Under the pieces are notes generated by a model. The model saw nothing but the letters and a program-made list of their open reading frames with translations. It searched no databases and was not told where the DNA came from. Below, in pieces: positions 25,517-38,972 of a stretch of 64,000 bases of DNA; position 1 is the first letter of the stretch; each line of letters begins with the position of its first letter. Both the position numbers and the translations under genes were made by a program. Origin of the DNA: Podarcis filfolensis (lineage: Eukaryota); NCBI GenBank assembly GCA_964270895.1, contig OZ185436.1, one strand, 5' to 3'.

Positions 25517-26417
25517 CAATTACTCAGCTCTGAACTCTCTTATTCCCTTATTCCACAATTTCTCATCTCACTCTTTGCCACTAAAGGCCATTATCAAAAA
25601 ATTCGTAATGTTGGAATTCTTGATCATGGAATTGCACAAAGCAAGCAAACTATTTGAGATTTTTAAAATTAATTTTTCACAGTCGATATTTTTTAATTCA
25701 CAGCATATACAACTCCACCTACCTGCACAAGAAGAATACATGTGAAGCTAATGAGTTCTGAGCAAGTTCAAATACAGGAATCTTGAGAAGTATCTCAAAA
25801 GCAGGTGTTTTTCTTAAAGATCTCTAACTCCTCATACAGGATCATGCCAATGGTAAGGATCACCCATAGTCCCAAAATTATAATCAGTCAATGCAAATAA
25901 ATTCTGCAGAATGTAGCAAATTTGTTTGCCAGCATTCATACGTTGAATCAGCAGTGCCCTGATCTCTGCACATTGAACACCATCTCCACATCAGGTATGA
26001 CTGGTGCTTCCGCAGCATCAGTAACTTCAGTAATACATTATCAAATGTAACTCGATGTATTAAACTGTCTTCACCATGGCAAGCTACAATCTTGAGTCTT
26101 GACAGCTCTGATGTAATCATACATGTAAAGACCCCAGACTACACAATTGTTGAAATGCCTCATGCCTACAACCAATCTGTTGCTTTTACAAGTTTAATCT
26201 CAGTATTAAGGAGCTGATTGTGGAACCATGTTGATACAACATCTTCAACCCAGCTGTACATCATATAAACCACTATAGGTGGTGTCAAGCTCCCATGATT
26301 CCTAGTAATACTGCATACCTTTAACTCCATAATCTATAATACTACAAAATACAGCTCTCTCTTTTTCTCTCTCCAAAGCACAAGTGGACTATCAGCAAGG
26401 GTCCGACTGTGTTATTC

Positions 26418-26733
26418 NNNNNNNNNNNNNNNNNNNNNNNNNNNNNNNNNNNNNNNNNNNNNNNNNNNNNNNNNNNNNNNNNNNNNNNNNNNNNNNNNNN
26501 NNNNNNNNNNNNNNNNNNNNNNNNNNNNNNNNNNNNNNNNNNNNNNNNNNNNNNNNNNNNNNNNNNNNNNNNNNNNNNNNNNNNNNNNNNNNNNNNNNNN
26601 NNNNNNNNNNNNNNNNNNNNNNNNNNNNNNNNNNNNNNNNNNNNNNNNNNNNNNNNNNNNNNNNNNNNNNNNNNNNNNNNNNNNNNNNNNNNNNNNNNNN
26701 NNNNNNNNNNNNNNNNNNNNNNNNNNNNNNNNN
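26418..26733. other. Assembly gap (316 N)
   Basis: Run of N. Confidence 0.99.
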
Positions 26734-27178
26734 TATGTTTCATTTGTTTTCTTCCTCCATAATGTTTATAACGAATCCACAGATATGTTCCGGCACATTG
26801 TGTAGCCTTGCAACCTCTATAAACACAATCTGCCAGGAAACAAGTCACTTTGGAATGATGATAAAATAAACATTTTACCTGCATGAAAAACACCTGTTAA
26901 AAGAGGAGTGGGAATGTCACAGGAAGTCGGCAGGCAACCAATTTTTTTTTTTTAACTGCACAGCAATTTATTGCAACAATAACTTGATCAGATTTATGTT
27001 GGAACTAGGTCATCTGAAGGGATCTAGACCTCTCATAGTTTGGAGAAAAGCAGGGTTTTTTGTAGCTTGCCAAAAATATAATGATGCTAGACCAGTTTTA
27101 TGCCGGACCCCAGGGCCTGACAGCCATATAGTATGTAAGACAAAGTAATACCCACGCTCAGATGTGAGTACATCTCTG

Positions 27179-27406
27179 TGAGTCATGTATCTCTGTGAGT
27201 CACTGATCTGGGCAAACGTTTTGGGATTGGAAGCAAGCCCAGAACAGTGACTCATGCAGGAAATCAACAGGCAGCCTCCTCTAAGGCTGAATAGTGCTGA
27301 TGAACTGTTGCTTCTGATGTGATCTGGTCCAATGCGATTAGGTGGCAAAATGCCCCCCCCCCGCCCAGCATTTGTTTGTTAAGAGATATGCTCGGAACAT
27401 GACTCA
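27179..27406. promoter_or_regulatory. Cluster of four perfect AP-1 sites (candidate enhancer)
   Basis: TGAGTCA at 27179-27185 and 27196-27202; TGACTCA at 27248-27254 and 27400-27406. Confidence 0.5.
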
Positions 27407-30336
27407 CACAGAGACACAGTAGCAACCTCTCTTGTGTGTGGATCTCTTGGAGATCACAGAAGCCTTTAATTAGTTAATTATTTACTAACAGCACAAAGTT
27501 AGGAAATGACCACCCTAGAACAATAAGGACTGAAGAAAGAATCTGTACATTAAGTATTAACATGGTAGTTTGACCCTATGTGGGCAGGAATTTTACAGCC
27601 ATTTTTCTCATGCTCCGGAATTCCGTTCCCTAGGATATCTGCCTGGCCTTCTGATGATACATTAAGACACGTCTATTTTGATTAACTTCTGCAGTAGTGT
27701 TTTGTTTGTGATGATCTCTCTCTACTGTTTGGGGATGTTTGTGTAAGTTTCTCTGCTGTTTTTTAAAAAAGTATGTTGTTATTGTATTTGCTTTGATGTT
27801 TATTGTTTATAAGCAGCTTTGGGTTTTACTTTTCAACAGAAAGAGAGGGGAAAAATATGTGTTTGTTTTTTTGAAGTCCAAATCAGTAAGTAATCTGTGT
27901 GCTGCTGACCCTGATTCAGAGCAAGTCTGGACTGTGTGGACACACCAATGGATTGCAATGCCCAACTTGTTGGTCACGTGATTCCACTATAGCGACAGAA
28001 GCACAAGTCTGGAGTTCATATGGCTCAAAAGGATGTAGCCAATTGATTAAATAATAATAATAATAATCCTGAAATCCTAAGTGCAGGAACTTACATCGAT
28101 TTAAGTTAAGCTGATGTAAGTTACCTCTGTTCCAAACTCCATTGAGCCTGTGCAAGACTGGTTGAGGAAAAACAAGACTTGAAAATAGAGTTTGGCTAAC
28201 ATCACCCTTTTTGCCAGCATATGTTCTGCTGGAATGCCAGCAGAACTCATAAGTGATCTGAAAGAGGTTTGGAATTGGTGTCCTACCCCTATCCCACCAC
28301 ACACCCTTCTTTTGGACTTACACCTGTTTAAGTTCTGTCAGCTGAGCCAAGTTGGACAGACAACCCAAGACCCGCCTTTTCTAAACTCAGTCATCTCAGA
28401 GGATCTTGTGCTTGGACTGCACTGCACGTTTTATGTTTATGTCACTGTTTTTCTGTTACTACTCTCTCAATTCATTTAACACTGAATAACAAATGGCATG
28501 TTAATATTACCAAATTGTACAAAGCAAGATACCCCGAGATGCTGCTTTAGACCTTTTGAAAAGTATTTTTGGCCCCAATGTCCAACTTTCTTTTGAGCAC
28601 ACAATATAACATTTTAAGGCAAATTTTACTGCTGCCAAAATACACATACTGTTTTATTTTCTTAAAGCAAAAGTGTGTCTCTTGATTTTCTTCCAATTTA
28701 TAAATTCATGCCAACAACTAAAACACCCAAAGATCGGGGGGGGGGGGGAGGTAGTCTCAAAAGTCAATGGTTAAAAGTACATATTGTAATCAAGGAAAGA
28801 TCTATTCCTAGGCATACACATCCTGCCCAGGCGAAGATATAAATCTCCAGGGCTAACTCAGACCAGCAAAATAGTTATTTTATTTTACATTATGAAATAG
28901 AAGTACACCAGTGGCAAATATTTTCACAGAGAGCTTTAATCTCGATTCTCTACCCATTTTGTTTTTGTGGTTTTGATATTTTTATGGTCTTCTAATTTCT
29001 GGCTATTAAAATCAGATCATTGAAACTTTCTGAATTTCTTTTGTTTGTATTATTAGGCTGCAAAAGCAGAGACCTTTGCCAAATAAAAGACAGAGTTGTA
29101 TACTATCTATGCTTAAAAATGTGAGTCAGAGGATTTGTATTGGGAGGTTTATTTTTTTAAAAAACCTAGCAGAATCCCACATCTCAGACAAAATGCTTAT
29201 ATACAAAACATATGAAATGTGCTAGAACATGTCTCCAATAATAGCTGTCAAGGTCAACAGGTAACAAAAGAAATTCTACAGGATGACAGTCAACTGGATT
29301 GTATCCTTGTGTCAAAATCAATGGCCACAGATAGACCAGCACTATTGTATGCAAAGCGCTGAATCCTTCAGTGGTGAGTCGCTAGGAATGGAAGAAATTA
29401 ACAGATTTTCTCCCTTAGTTTTTACCTGTTCAGCTCACCTCTCAACCACAAATTAAACAGTGTGAGACTGAATCTTCACTTAACACTATCCTTGCATGTG
29501 TATATACAACAGTCAGCGAGTCTATCAAACTGGCCCATTTCCTTGATTATCAGTTCACAAGTTTAGGGGGAAGCCAGCCTAACCAAATTGCACAGCAAAA
29601 CATTCCAAATTAACATTCTACCCCACTCACATGTTTCAAGCAAACAGAAGCAAAAGTGCACTGCAGAGTTTGGACTAGATGACCCCGCCCCGGGGGGGGG
29701 GGGTTTCCCTCCAACTCTACAATTCTATGAGATAAATCTTTTGTGTTTTTTTGTCCATGTATTTCTTATTTTCATGTTTTTTTTTAATGCACCAAAGCTA
29801 GGGAACACAGACTTTCATATGTAAATTTTGGTTAAGTCCCTAATATAAATCTTAAAGCAAATCTTAAAGCACCCAGCAATAGGTACCTAAAATAGCAAAT
29901 AATATGTCCAAATTAATTTTTGAAAAATATTGCCTGAAAAATTATTAATCGCTGTTTTAAAAATCTAGTTAACACTGTCGAAAAAAGGACAAAGAGCTTA
30001 GTTTATTTGTTAAGTGCCAGAAGAATTTAGCCCAAGAATAAATGAAATCATGACAAATTTAGACAGTTGACTGTTGATAGAGATGATACAAAACACAAGG
30101 ATATTCAATATTTCATATTGTCAAGTAGCATGAGAAAGGGTCCATGTATATTTGTAAATGTTTCCTTAACAATTTCTCTTCCATGCTCAGACACTTTCAA
30201 AATACATATCTTTATTGTGCCATTGGGATCACAGTGTCTGTTATATTCAAGAGTAGGTTTAAGGATGCAAAAGCTCAAAGAGCAAGGGTGGAAAAAGAAT
30301 GGGCAGTCATTTGAATCAGTGAGTGACAGGTTGGAC

Positions 30337-30580
30337 NNNNNNNNNNNNNNNNNNNNNNNNNNNNNNNNNNNNNNNNNNNNNNNNNNNNNNNNNNNNNNNN
30401 NNNNNNNNNNNNNNNNNNNNNNNNNNNNNNNNNNNNNNNNNNNNNNNNNNNNNNNNNNNNNNNNNNNNNNNNNNNNNNNNNNNNNNNNNNNNNNNNNNNN
30501 NNNNNNNNNNNNNNNNNNNNNNNNNNNNNNNNNNNNNNNNNNNNNNNNNNNNNNNNNNNNNNNNNNNNNNNNNNNNNNNN
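30337..30580. other. Assembly gap (244 N)
   Basis: Run of N. Confidence 0.99.
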
Positions 30581-32437
30581 TCCTCTGGAGCAATTCTTAA
30601 GACATCTGCACAACAAAGCACTTCTTCTAGTACCTGACACTGGGCCTCGCTAGCACAATATCTCATTAAAAATGTCCCCAGTAGAAGAGTCTATTAAAAG
30701 GCAAATGGATCAGCAATAGATTGACCAAAATAACTTCAAAATATTTTTGAAGTTCTAACAAAACAGCATGGATTCAGCGTTCTGTTCTTTCACAACAATG
30801 CTTTAAAATATGCATTTGCTCAGAGACAGAACACCCACTCCTCCTGAAAGAATATCAATTAATGATAAACAGAGAGTTGGGGTTCAGCCATGGAGTTGAA
30901 CGTAACCGTGTGACCTCGGAGTTCTGACCATGCCTCTACAGCCCAGCTGTCCTGTAATCGTGAGCCATCAGCTTAATATGCCAAGCTTAGTGCATCCATG
31001 CATAAAACCAGGTTAACAACATACACTTTATATGTTTTAAGCATTGTTCCTTAAAAATAACTTTGGAGGAAAACATGATTTCAAGTAATTATACAAGATA
31101 CCTTACTGTGGGGGGGGGAATTCTGAACCTTGGTTTGGATCTTAAAATAATCAGGCAGAAAGAATGTTTACTGTTCCCCCATCTCTCCTGCAGCTGCCTG
31201 TCCTACTCCCCACAAGCCTATCCAGGTGATCAGTGTGGGATGGGATCCTAAGTAATGTGCAATGGGATGGATGAGGAGGCTGGATCGCCTCACACAGGCA
31301 AGTCTGGACCTGATTTTGGAAGATTCTCTGCAGCAGATTCCCTGTGCTTCATATGCTACGATGTTCAGGATGTCTCCCTGACTCCTCAGGGGCACAGATA
31401 GCTACCGGGGAGTGAAGGGGAAGGTAAACTTCCTTCTGTGGCCTTCCTCCCATTCATATATTTTAGGAATGAAGCCAAGGATTCCATTTTTTCCTTTAGA
31501 AAAAAATATCACCGAGATTATCTACAGATACTTCTTGAAATGGATAAAGTCCTGGATATAATTAAACGAAACTACCGGAATTTGTATCTGAACTGGATGT
31601 GCTTCCCTTAGAAAGACAAGTGGCAAATGTCAATATAAACAATAAACCATCAGTGGTATGTGAATAAACTAAGCTAACCTTAGCAAATCCCTAATACTTT
31701 TACGATTTAATTACCATTCCTCCAAACTGTATGCCAAATCAGTAGTTGACACACGTCTATTTTCTTGATACAACATGATGAAAAACTACTTGATATGCAG
31801 CAACACAGAGTAAAAGAATGGACAGATTTCCTTGCAAATATTACTCAGCATATATTGAGGTTCTAATAGCACATACATGCTTCTTAATATGGTAAACAAA
31901 CGGTTCTGAGAAACTTCCAAACACAAAGGTCTATTCACCAAAACTTATCAACAAAACAAGATTTGCTTCACTAACTTTGAAGTAGAGTTAGCACATAGAC
32001 CTTATTTCAAAGGATTATTAATTCTTCTAGAAATCTTTTACATAAGAGCACAGTGACTCTTCATTTTTTTAGAGTATCAGAGATCCAAGGTAGATTGGTG
32101 GATACTTATCATTCCAGAAATCGCTCTTCTTCAATGGGGACCTCCAACATAGGAAGTTGAGAACTGAACTTGGGACTTTCTGTCACTGATCTACAGCCCT
32201 TCCCCGCATATCCTTTCAAGACCTTTGTTTAACAGTTTAACTGGTAAAATCAAGTCTCAAGAGCACTTACTATTGATACATTTACACCATGACTACCACA
32301 CCACTAAGCATGACTGAGACAATGGTGACATCAACAGAGTATTTTTAAAAAAATCTGCTACTACAAGTTTCCATGCCAATTGATCCTATTAAAACACATC
32401 AAGGAATAAGTACATTGTTGTTGTTATAATGTCTTAC

Positions 32438-32510
32438 CTGAAGGGATGGTTGTTTCTCATTCCTCTTGGGAGACTTCAGCCCACTAATTTGTTGTTGTTG
32501 CTGCTGCTGC

Positions 32511-32543
<33 letters not shown>

Positions 32544-32572
32544 AACAAAAGCTGCCTTGCTACCTGAAGAGC
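32438..32572 (-). CDS. FOXP1: FOXP1 internal coding exon (N-terminal Q-rich region), 45 codons: [45 protein letters not shown]
   Basis: Minus strand has acceptor tttctatcattattttccttcag|GCT and donor CTTCAG|gtaaga; 135 nt, phase 0/0. The translation matches the recalled human FOXP1 [34 protein letters not shown] apart from Q number and V>I, D>E, A>S. It differs from the recalled FOXP2 ([30 protein letters not shown]) and FOXP4 equivalents. Confidence 0.97.
32489..32542 (-). repeat. FOXP1: Coding polyglutamine repeat (CAG)5(CAA)3(CAG)6(CAA)4
   Basis: Counted directly: 18 Gln codons with synonymous CAA interruptions. Confidence 0.97.
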
Positions 32573-32923
32573 CTGAAGGAAAATAATGATAGAAATAAGT
32601 TTCACCAATCATAAATTATTGGTTTATCTTATGTATAAATGGCATACTCACCAAAGAAACCACCAGAATTTGATTGTCATTGGAGTACAGCAATGACACA
32701 ATAATATTCACACTAACAAACCCTAGAAAACCAAAGCCCAAATGTTCATATGGTACTGATAGTGCCTCATTTAGCACAAAAATGAACTGACTCTAGTTGA
32801 TGGCTTGTGCTAATAAACTGTTTTCAATAATGTATCTATAATTCAACACTCTGACCCTATCCTGGGGGGGGGGGAGGTGGACTGCAACTTTCACATTAAA
32901 GAGTGTCAGTTTATCAGACTGTA

Positions 32924-33144
32924 TGTAGATGTCCAAACTTTTTTCCAAAAAGGGCCAGATTTGATGAAGTGAAGGGCCGTGAGGGCCGACCAAAGGGTCA
33001 ACCAAAGTTGTTAACCTTTTCTTAGGATTGAAGTTGTTGAGGTATTTTTAGGATTTTACCCCAAGAAATAAACTGCCACAGGGGCCAGATTAAACTGACT
33101 GGCGGGACAGATTAGGCCCCCGAAACGGACTTTGGACATGCCTG
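32924..33144. mobile_element. hAT-type MITE (left end degenerate)
   Basis: Inverted ends ...atgtccaaact / actttggacatgcctg; no clean TSD. Confidence 0.6.
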
Positions 33145-33207
33145 GTATATTGCAATCTGATGTAAGAAATCACGGTTTCTGTAGCAGGTGTAGAAATATG
33201 AAAATAA

Positions 33208-33255
<48 letters not shown>

Positions 33256-33298
33256 TTTTATTTATACCCTGCCCTCCCCAGCCAAGGCTGGGCTCAGA
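33208..33298 (-). mobile_element. L2 3' terminus with (AAT)n microsatellite tail
   Basis: (aat)16 followed by ttttatttataccctgccctccccagcc..., like the L2 end at 46786-46870. Confidence 0.65.
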
Positions 33299-33514
33299 AA
33301 ATGTTGGTAGTGGTCTCAGCCTCCTCTCAAAGCTTTCTCAAAGCACATAAGTACACATTCCTCTAGTGCAGGGTTGGCTTACCACTGTTGGTAAACCAGC
33401 CCTGTTGTTGTTGTTATGACTCCAACCTCGATTAGCCCCAACCACTATGGAAAGGGATTATGGGGAGTCCAACAACATCTAGAGGGCCACATATTAGCCA
33501 GTCACACCCTAGAG

Positions 33515-33652
33515 CAGTGGTTCTCAACCTGTGGGCCCCCAGATGTTGTTGGACTACAACTCCCATCATCCCTGAGCTCTGGCCTTGCTAGCTCGGGGTG
33601 ATGGGAGTTGTAGTTCAACAACATCTGGGGACCCACAGGTTGAGAAAGGCTG
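33515..33652. mobile_element. 138-bp palindromic hAT-type MITE
   Basis: TIRs cagtggttctcaacctgtggg / cccacaggttgagaaaggctg; perfect 8-bp TSD CCCTAGAG at 33507-33514 and 33653-33660. Confidence 0.92.
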
Positions 33653-36600
33653 CCCTAGAGAAACAGATAGATTGTGAAACAGGGTTGGTTTGTTTTCTAC
33701 TGTTCCCTAGTGAAAACAGAAGAGGGGTTGTGTTATTTCCTTCTTTGTACATTACTTTTCCTCATGGGATTCTACTGAGGGAGGCATCAAGAGCAGACTG
33801 ACTCACATTCTCCCATCTTCCCTCTCTTCATTATGAGGTAAGATAAACATTCTGAACAAGGAAATCGTACGGTTATCTGAGCACAGGATCTTCCATGCCC
33901 TGAAAGATCAAACCCTCTTCAATGCTTTACAAGGAAGGTGGATAATAAATTCTCAGCTTTTCTCCGTGGCTTATGCCCATGATATTTATAGAGTGATTGG
34001 TCTTATTTTGTATTATATATGCATTACATATTTAAGCAGAGTGCTGAAAACTGGTCCTGCCTTTTCAGAAGTAAGGCCCTGCCCCAGACTGCTGTAGAAA
34101 CATTAGATGCTAAGATGACAAGTAGGGTCCTTCCTAGTTCAAACCAAAAATGGATTTGGTGAGTGTATTATTCTGCTTCCAGCAATGTTCAAAAACATAC
34201 CTGGGAAATTCATAAACATGGTTTGATATGGAGACAGCCATATCCCGATGTCTGTCCTTAGCATTTAAATATCAGAGGTATGACATCTCTTAATGTCTTT
34301 TTGAAGGAATTCTGGCTCATATATATATTGATAGTCTTCTCCTCATTTTGAAATATCTAAGCATTTGCTCATCTCCACATTTTGCAACTATCTATGCCAT
34401 AAAAGTTAATTGTGCAGCCTGTGAAAAATAATTGCTTCCTGCCAAAACAAAGCAGCCCTTTCAGAAACTAATAGAGAAGATGCAAATCCCCTGCAAGTCC
34501 GCACAGTGATGAAAACAGACTCCACCCTTCAGACAGGTTGACCACACCTGGCAGTGTGGGCTCAGCAGGAAGCAGCATCCTGAATACATGGCAACTCAGG
34601 GCCTGTTTCCTAATACCTGATGAGAAGTTAGCAAAGCACATAAACAGCAGCAAAGGCTGGATTTATGAAAGATCAGTAATGACTGGTTATATATATATAT
34701 ATCTCAAAGAGGGAAAGTCGGTGGTAACAGTGCTAGAATTGGAAATACGTTTGGAATTGTTGAAGAGGAAGCCAGGTGACATAAACAGGAGGCTGGGGAA
34801 AAGATCACAAAGAGATGCAAGAAGTGTTTCCCTACCCAGCTCACTCTCAGAAGCCTGAAGCACTCACCAACATTTCAGATGCAAAGAAGAAAGCCTGCCT
34901 GTAGGAGCCAGAAGGAAATTAATGTCTGCAGGAGGACAGCTGGAAGCTTAGATGCCTCAAGGAGTTGCCTCTTGCTTGCTGCCTCATTGGAGGATTCACC
35001 ATTGCTGGACTCAAGGGTTTCCTTGTCTCCTTGGAGACGTTCAGTACATGCGTAGGTGTTAACAGTGGGAACAGTGAAGACTTCATTAATGTAAAACAAG
35101 AAAGAAATAGTCCCTGTGCAAGATGCCTACACGGAAGGAGGAGAGTGAGGCATCCACACTTCCTTCTGCATATGTTCACCGAAATGTTTAGCAAACGCAG
35201 ATTTCACTGCATTCTTGAATTAATTGAAGGGCATCTTTAGTTCTACAAGTCAGGAAGCATGAACCCTCAGAAAGCTGGAAAGATATGGTGACAAGGTAGG
35301 GGAATCTTATAAAGCAAGTCACAGTTGCAGCTGATGGTACTTAGCAGAGGCCCAGAATACTACGCATCCATTTCTACTCTTGAGGCCCCATCTGGAGGGA
35401 CCCCTTGGAAATCTAAATATGGAAGTTTTCCAACATGGGAAGAACATTCAGCTGACATACAAGCAACATTTCAGTTCTGATACCTGGAAATATAAGTGAT
35501 TCAGCGGTAAGACTTCAGTGGATGGATGGAAGTCTAATAATATATAGTTAGTACATTTACCTGTTGGAATGCTAAACTGAAGATAGATATTTCTGGTTCA
35601 CATTTGGGAGGTATAGAACACTATCCTTGGTACTCATGCTCTCCTCCATATGGCAGAAAGGGAAGCTTTGAGTCTCCTAGATGATAGTTTACTAAAGGAG
35701 AAAGACTTTTGAGCAATACAGTTATCAATGTGAAGCTGGCTCCATTTGGTACCTTAAACAACTAGGGCTGCACTCTTAACTGTACGTACCTGGAAGTAAG
35801 TGCCACTAAGAAACTTAGCGCTTCATTGATATCCTCAAAATGTGATATTGCTTTCTATCTGTTCTGGCAAAAGAACCCCACATGTTGGTTAAAACCAGTT
35901 TGGTTTTTTTAATGTCCCCAGAAGAGTTAGCCTTGCAAGAAATGCCTCATTTCTCAACTGAGAGTGACTGTGAAGTTGAGACTCTGAGGCGGCGAACCCT
36001 TAAGGCCATCTTTCTTGTATTCATGGGGTCTTCTCACATGAGCATCTGTCAGGATCCCTATGAGTATATACCTCCCAGAAGGTTACCACAAGAGATCTTT
36101 TTCTGCATTAGGAAAGGGTGTTTGTAAGCAAATGAGAAGGAAACAGCTTCAAGATATAATGCATAGCTCAAATTAGGAAAGAACCACACAAAGAAACTTG
36201 AGCTAAAGCAAAAAGAAAATCCAATAAATATTAAAGAAGTGGGGAAGGGGTCCAGTTTTGCTTCATTTCTAAAATGTGAGTTTCTGGGGTTAAACTTGCC
36301 TTGAACTTGCTTGGAAGACCTCATGGCTACTCTAGTTGTGGGCTAGTTGCGGCTACATTTTGGCAACAGAAAGGTACTTTGCACATGCTTCAAGGCCACA
36401 CTCAGTTATTAATTCATAAGGTCTAGCTAGGATCAAGAGTCAGTGAACATAGGTTCAAATTAAGCCCCAGGGGACCCTCTGAAAGCAGGCAGAAAGAACA
36501 ATTGAAGTTGGCAGCAACTTAGTGGAACAGAGACAGAAAAAACACATTACCCTTTCCCTCATATTGAATTTTGAGTTATAGAAAACGTTGGGGAGAAAGT

Positions 36601-37794
36601 CCTACTAGTAACAATCAGCACAATAAAGTCCTTACTGTCAAACCATGCAGTCTCTTCAGTGGTTCAGAGTAGCCCTCACTAGTCCTCTAATTTCATCTGA
36701 GCCTTTCCCCCTTCACTCCTAACCTGAGATCAAACCTGCTTGCCCTGCAATTCTAAAGGCTAATCAACAGTCATCGCTCCTCTGGAGCCAGAGAAGAAAA
36801 GAGAGGATCACTGAAAAGAAAGCAAGATGGCTAGCATAGTAGGAGAAGTGCTTGCCTTTCTTTCTTTCTCACCTCCTCTAAGCCATTTCAAGACTATTTG
36901 GAGTGCCTTTGTGAAATTAGCTTGCTGATCTCCATTCAACGTCGATGGATACCAGCCCTTATAATACTGGCACTTGTAGTCTAATCCAGTCTGACAAATG
37001 CTGCTTGAGAGAGAAGCACAGAACTAAGCAAGCCCTATATCTTTGTTAGTATGTAGACACAGCAGTTGGTATGCTACAGGGATGCCAGTAGGATTTTCTG
37101 GGCCCAGCACACTGTAGGGGTATTGGGCACAACATTTGCAGGTGTTTTATTTATATGTATAGGTGCCATTCTTTGGGGGTGGTGTATTGTGATTTAAATA
37201 GAAATATAATACTTTATACCATAGTGGGGAAGACTGTGAACAGGTCAGATGACTTCTTACTCCTGTTTGGATCGCTTTACTTTGGCAAGCATCAAGCAGG
37301 GATGGGAAACTGGTTTTATATATATAATGATGTCTGGCAGGCAGAATGTTAACCGATGAAGCTTTTCGCATAATTGTATTTCCACACTAGAAAATGCTTA
37401 ACCTGATGGATTTCTGCCTGCCATGTGGATTTTAAAAGCCAACCATAATGCCAACCATAAACCATTGCAAGTTGTAAAAATGTTATGGTACTGAAGGTCT
37501 TTTATCAATGTGTCTTAAGATGCCAAAACTACATTTAGCTTGAACTGAGTGGCGTGTGTATGTGTGTGTGTATAAAGACATTTATAGCAACCAAGGTTCA
37601 AATCCATTGCTTGGATAAATTCAAGATTAAAGTGTTAAAAGGCAGTTTGTTCTAAGAGTATTTAACAAAATTTACGCATAGCTTGGTTACAATACAACCT
37701 CAAAGCAATTTAATATAACAACTATATAATAACTTAAACACCAGGCTTTCTGTCAGATAAGAGCTTGCTCCCCTGTAGTACTGGCAGTATCCCT

Positions 37795-38385
37795 CATAAC
37801 ACTAGAGCTAAAGGACATTAAGTTGAACGCTGGAAGATTCAGGACAGACAGAAAGGAATTTCTTCACATAACTCGAGAGTTAAACAACGTAATTTTCTCC
37901 CACAAGATGTAGTGATGGCTACCAACTAGGATGACGCTGAAAGAGGATTGATTATGCAACTGCATTGAGGGTAAGGATATTAGTGGTCACTAGACTCCCT
38001 GGAAAAGTTCCTGATGTTGGGAGAGATTGAGGGCACAAGGAGAAGGGGATGACAGAGGATGACATGGTTGGACAGTGTTCTTGAAGCTACTAACATGAGT
38101 TTGACCAAACTACAGGAGGCAGTGGAAGACAGGAGTGCCTGGCGTGCTCTGGTCCATGGGGTCATGAAGAGTCGGACACGACTAAACGACTAAACAACAA
38201 AGGCAACATTACTATATTCTGCCTCCACCACCAGGATGTATGTTTCTGAATACCAGTTGTTGGGAAACACAAGTGTTATTACACTTCGGGTCCTGCTTGT
38301 GGGCTTCCCATAAGTATCTGGTTGGCCACCGTATGGATGCTGGATTAGACAGCCTGATCCAACAGAGCTCTTAAATCTTTATCTT
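37795..38385 (+). mobile_element. CR1 LINE 3' fragment interrupted by Bov-B
   Basis: ggaagattcaggacagac...cccacaagatgtagtgatggctaccaac upstream; the 3' UTR ttctgaataccagttg...ggtcctgcttgtgggcttcccat...tggttggccac resumes after 38200. Confidence 0.75.
37993..38200 (+). mobile_element. Bov-B LINE 3' fragment (about 208 bp)
   Basis: Near-identical to 8738-8946; ends gactaaacgactaaacaacaa. Confidence 0.92.
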
Positions 38386-38787
38386 AATGTTTAGCATGAA
38401 ACTAATCCCAGGTTAGAAAGAACATGAACTCCTGTCTTTGCTACCACCTTATGCATTTGGGTGGACATGCTATTGCCCAGTCACACAGTAGCTATGTTAT
38501 TAACTGTACACGTTATGAGCTAGTATTATACAACCCCCTTCAAGATGCATACAGTAACTTCTAATAATTTTCAATGCAGCAAACAGGATAGCACGTTCAT
38601 AAAGTATTGAGCACACAAACCAGCAAATTTAAGTAAGCACATGTGCCGGGATTACAGTATACGAAAATCTGTAATGTAATAAATGACCTTCTTATACACA
38701 GGATCTCAGCTTTCCTACCTTATTATAGGTATTCTCTTTACCTAATATGTATTCCCATCAATATTTCCTTCAAACACACAAAAAGAG

Positions 38788-38972
38788 AAGGACTGTAGCT
38801 CAATGGTAGAACACTTCCTTCCACTCAGAAGGTTCTATTCCTGGTGGCTTCGGGTAGGGCTGAGAAAGGTTCCTCTTTGGAACACCTAAAGAGCTACTGT
38901 TAGTCAGAGTAGACAACATTGAGCCAGATGGACCAAAAGTCTGACTCAGTAGAAGGTAGCTTCCTATGTTCT
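38788..38972 (+). mobile_element. Squam2-type tRNA-derived SINE
   Basis: A-box-like gtagctcaatggtaga; 3' gacaacattgagccagatggacc...tctgactcagtagaaggtagcttcctatgttc. Confidence 0.75.

Noticed and set aside
28080-28320. Possible RT-like or micro-exon signals
   Set aside because: Weak, conflicting hints on both strands; I could not assign them to a family or a spliced exon.
38788-38850. tRNA-like sequence
   Set aside because: It is the degenerate head of a tRNA-derived SINE; there is no cloverleaf.
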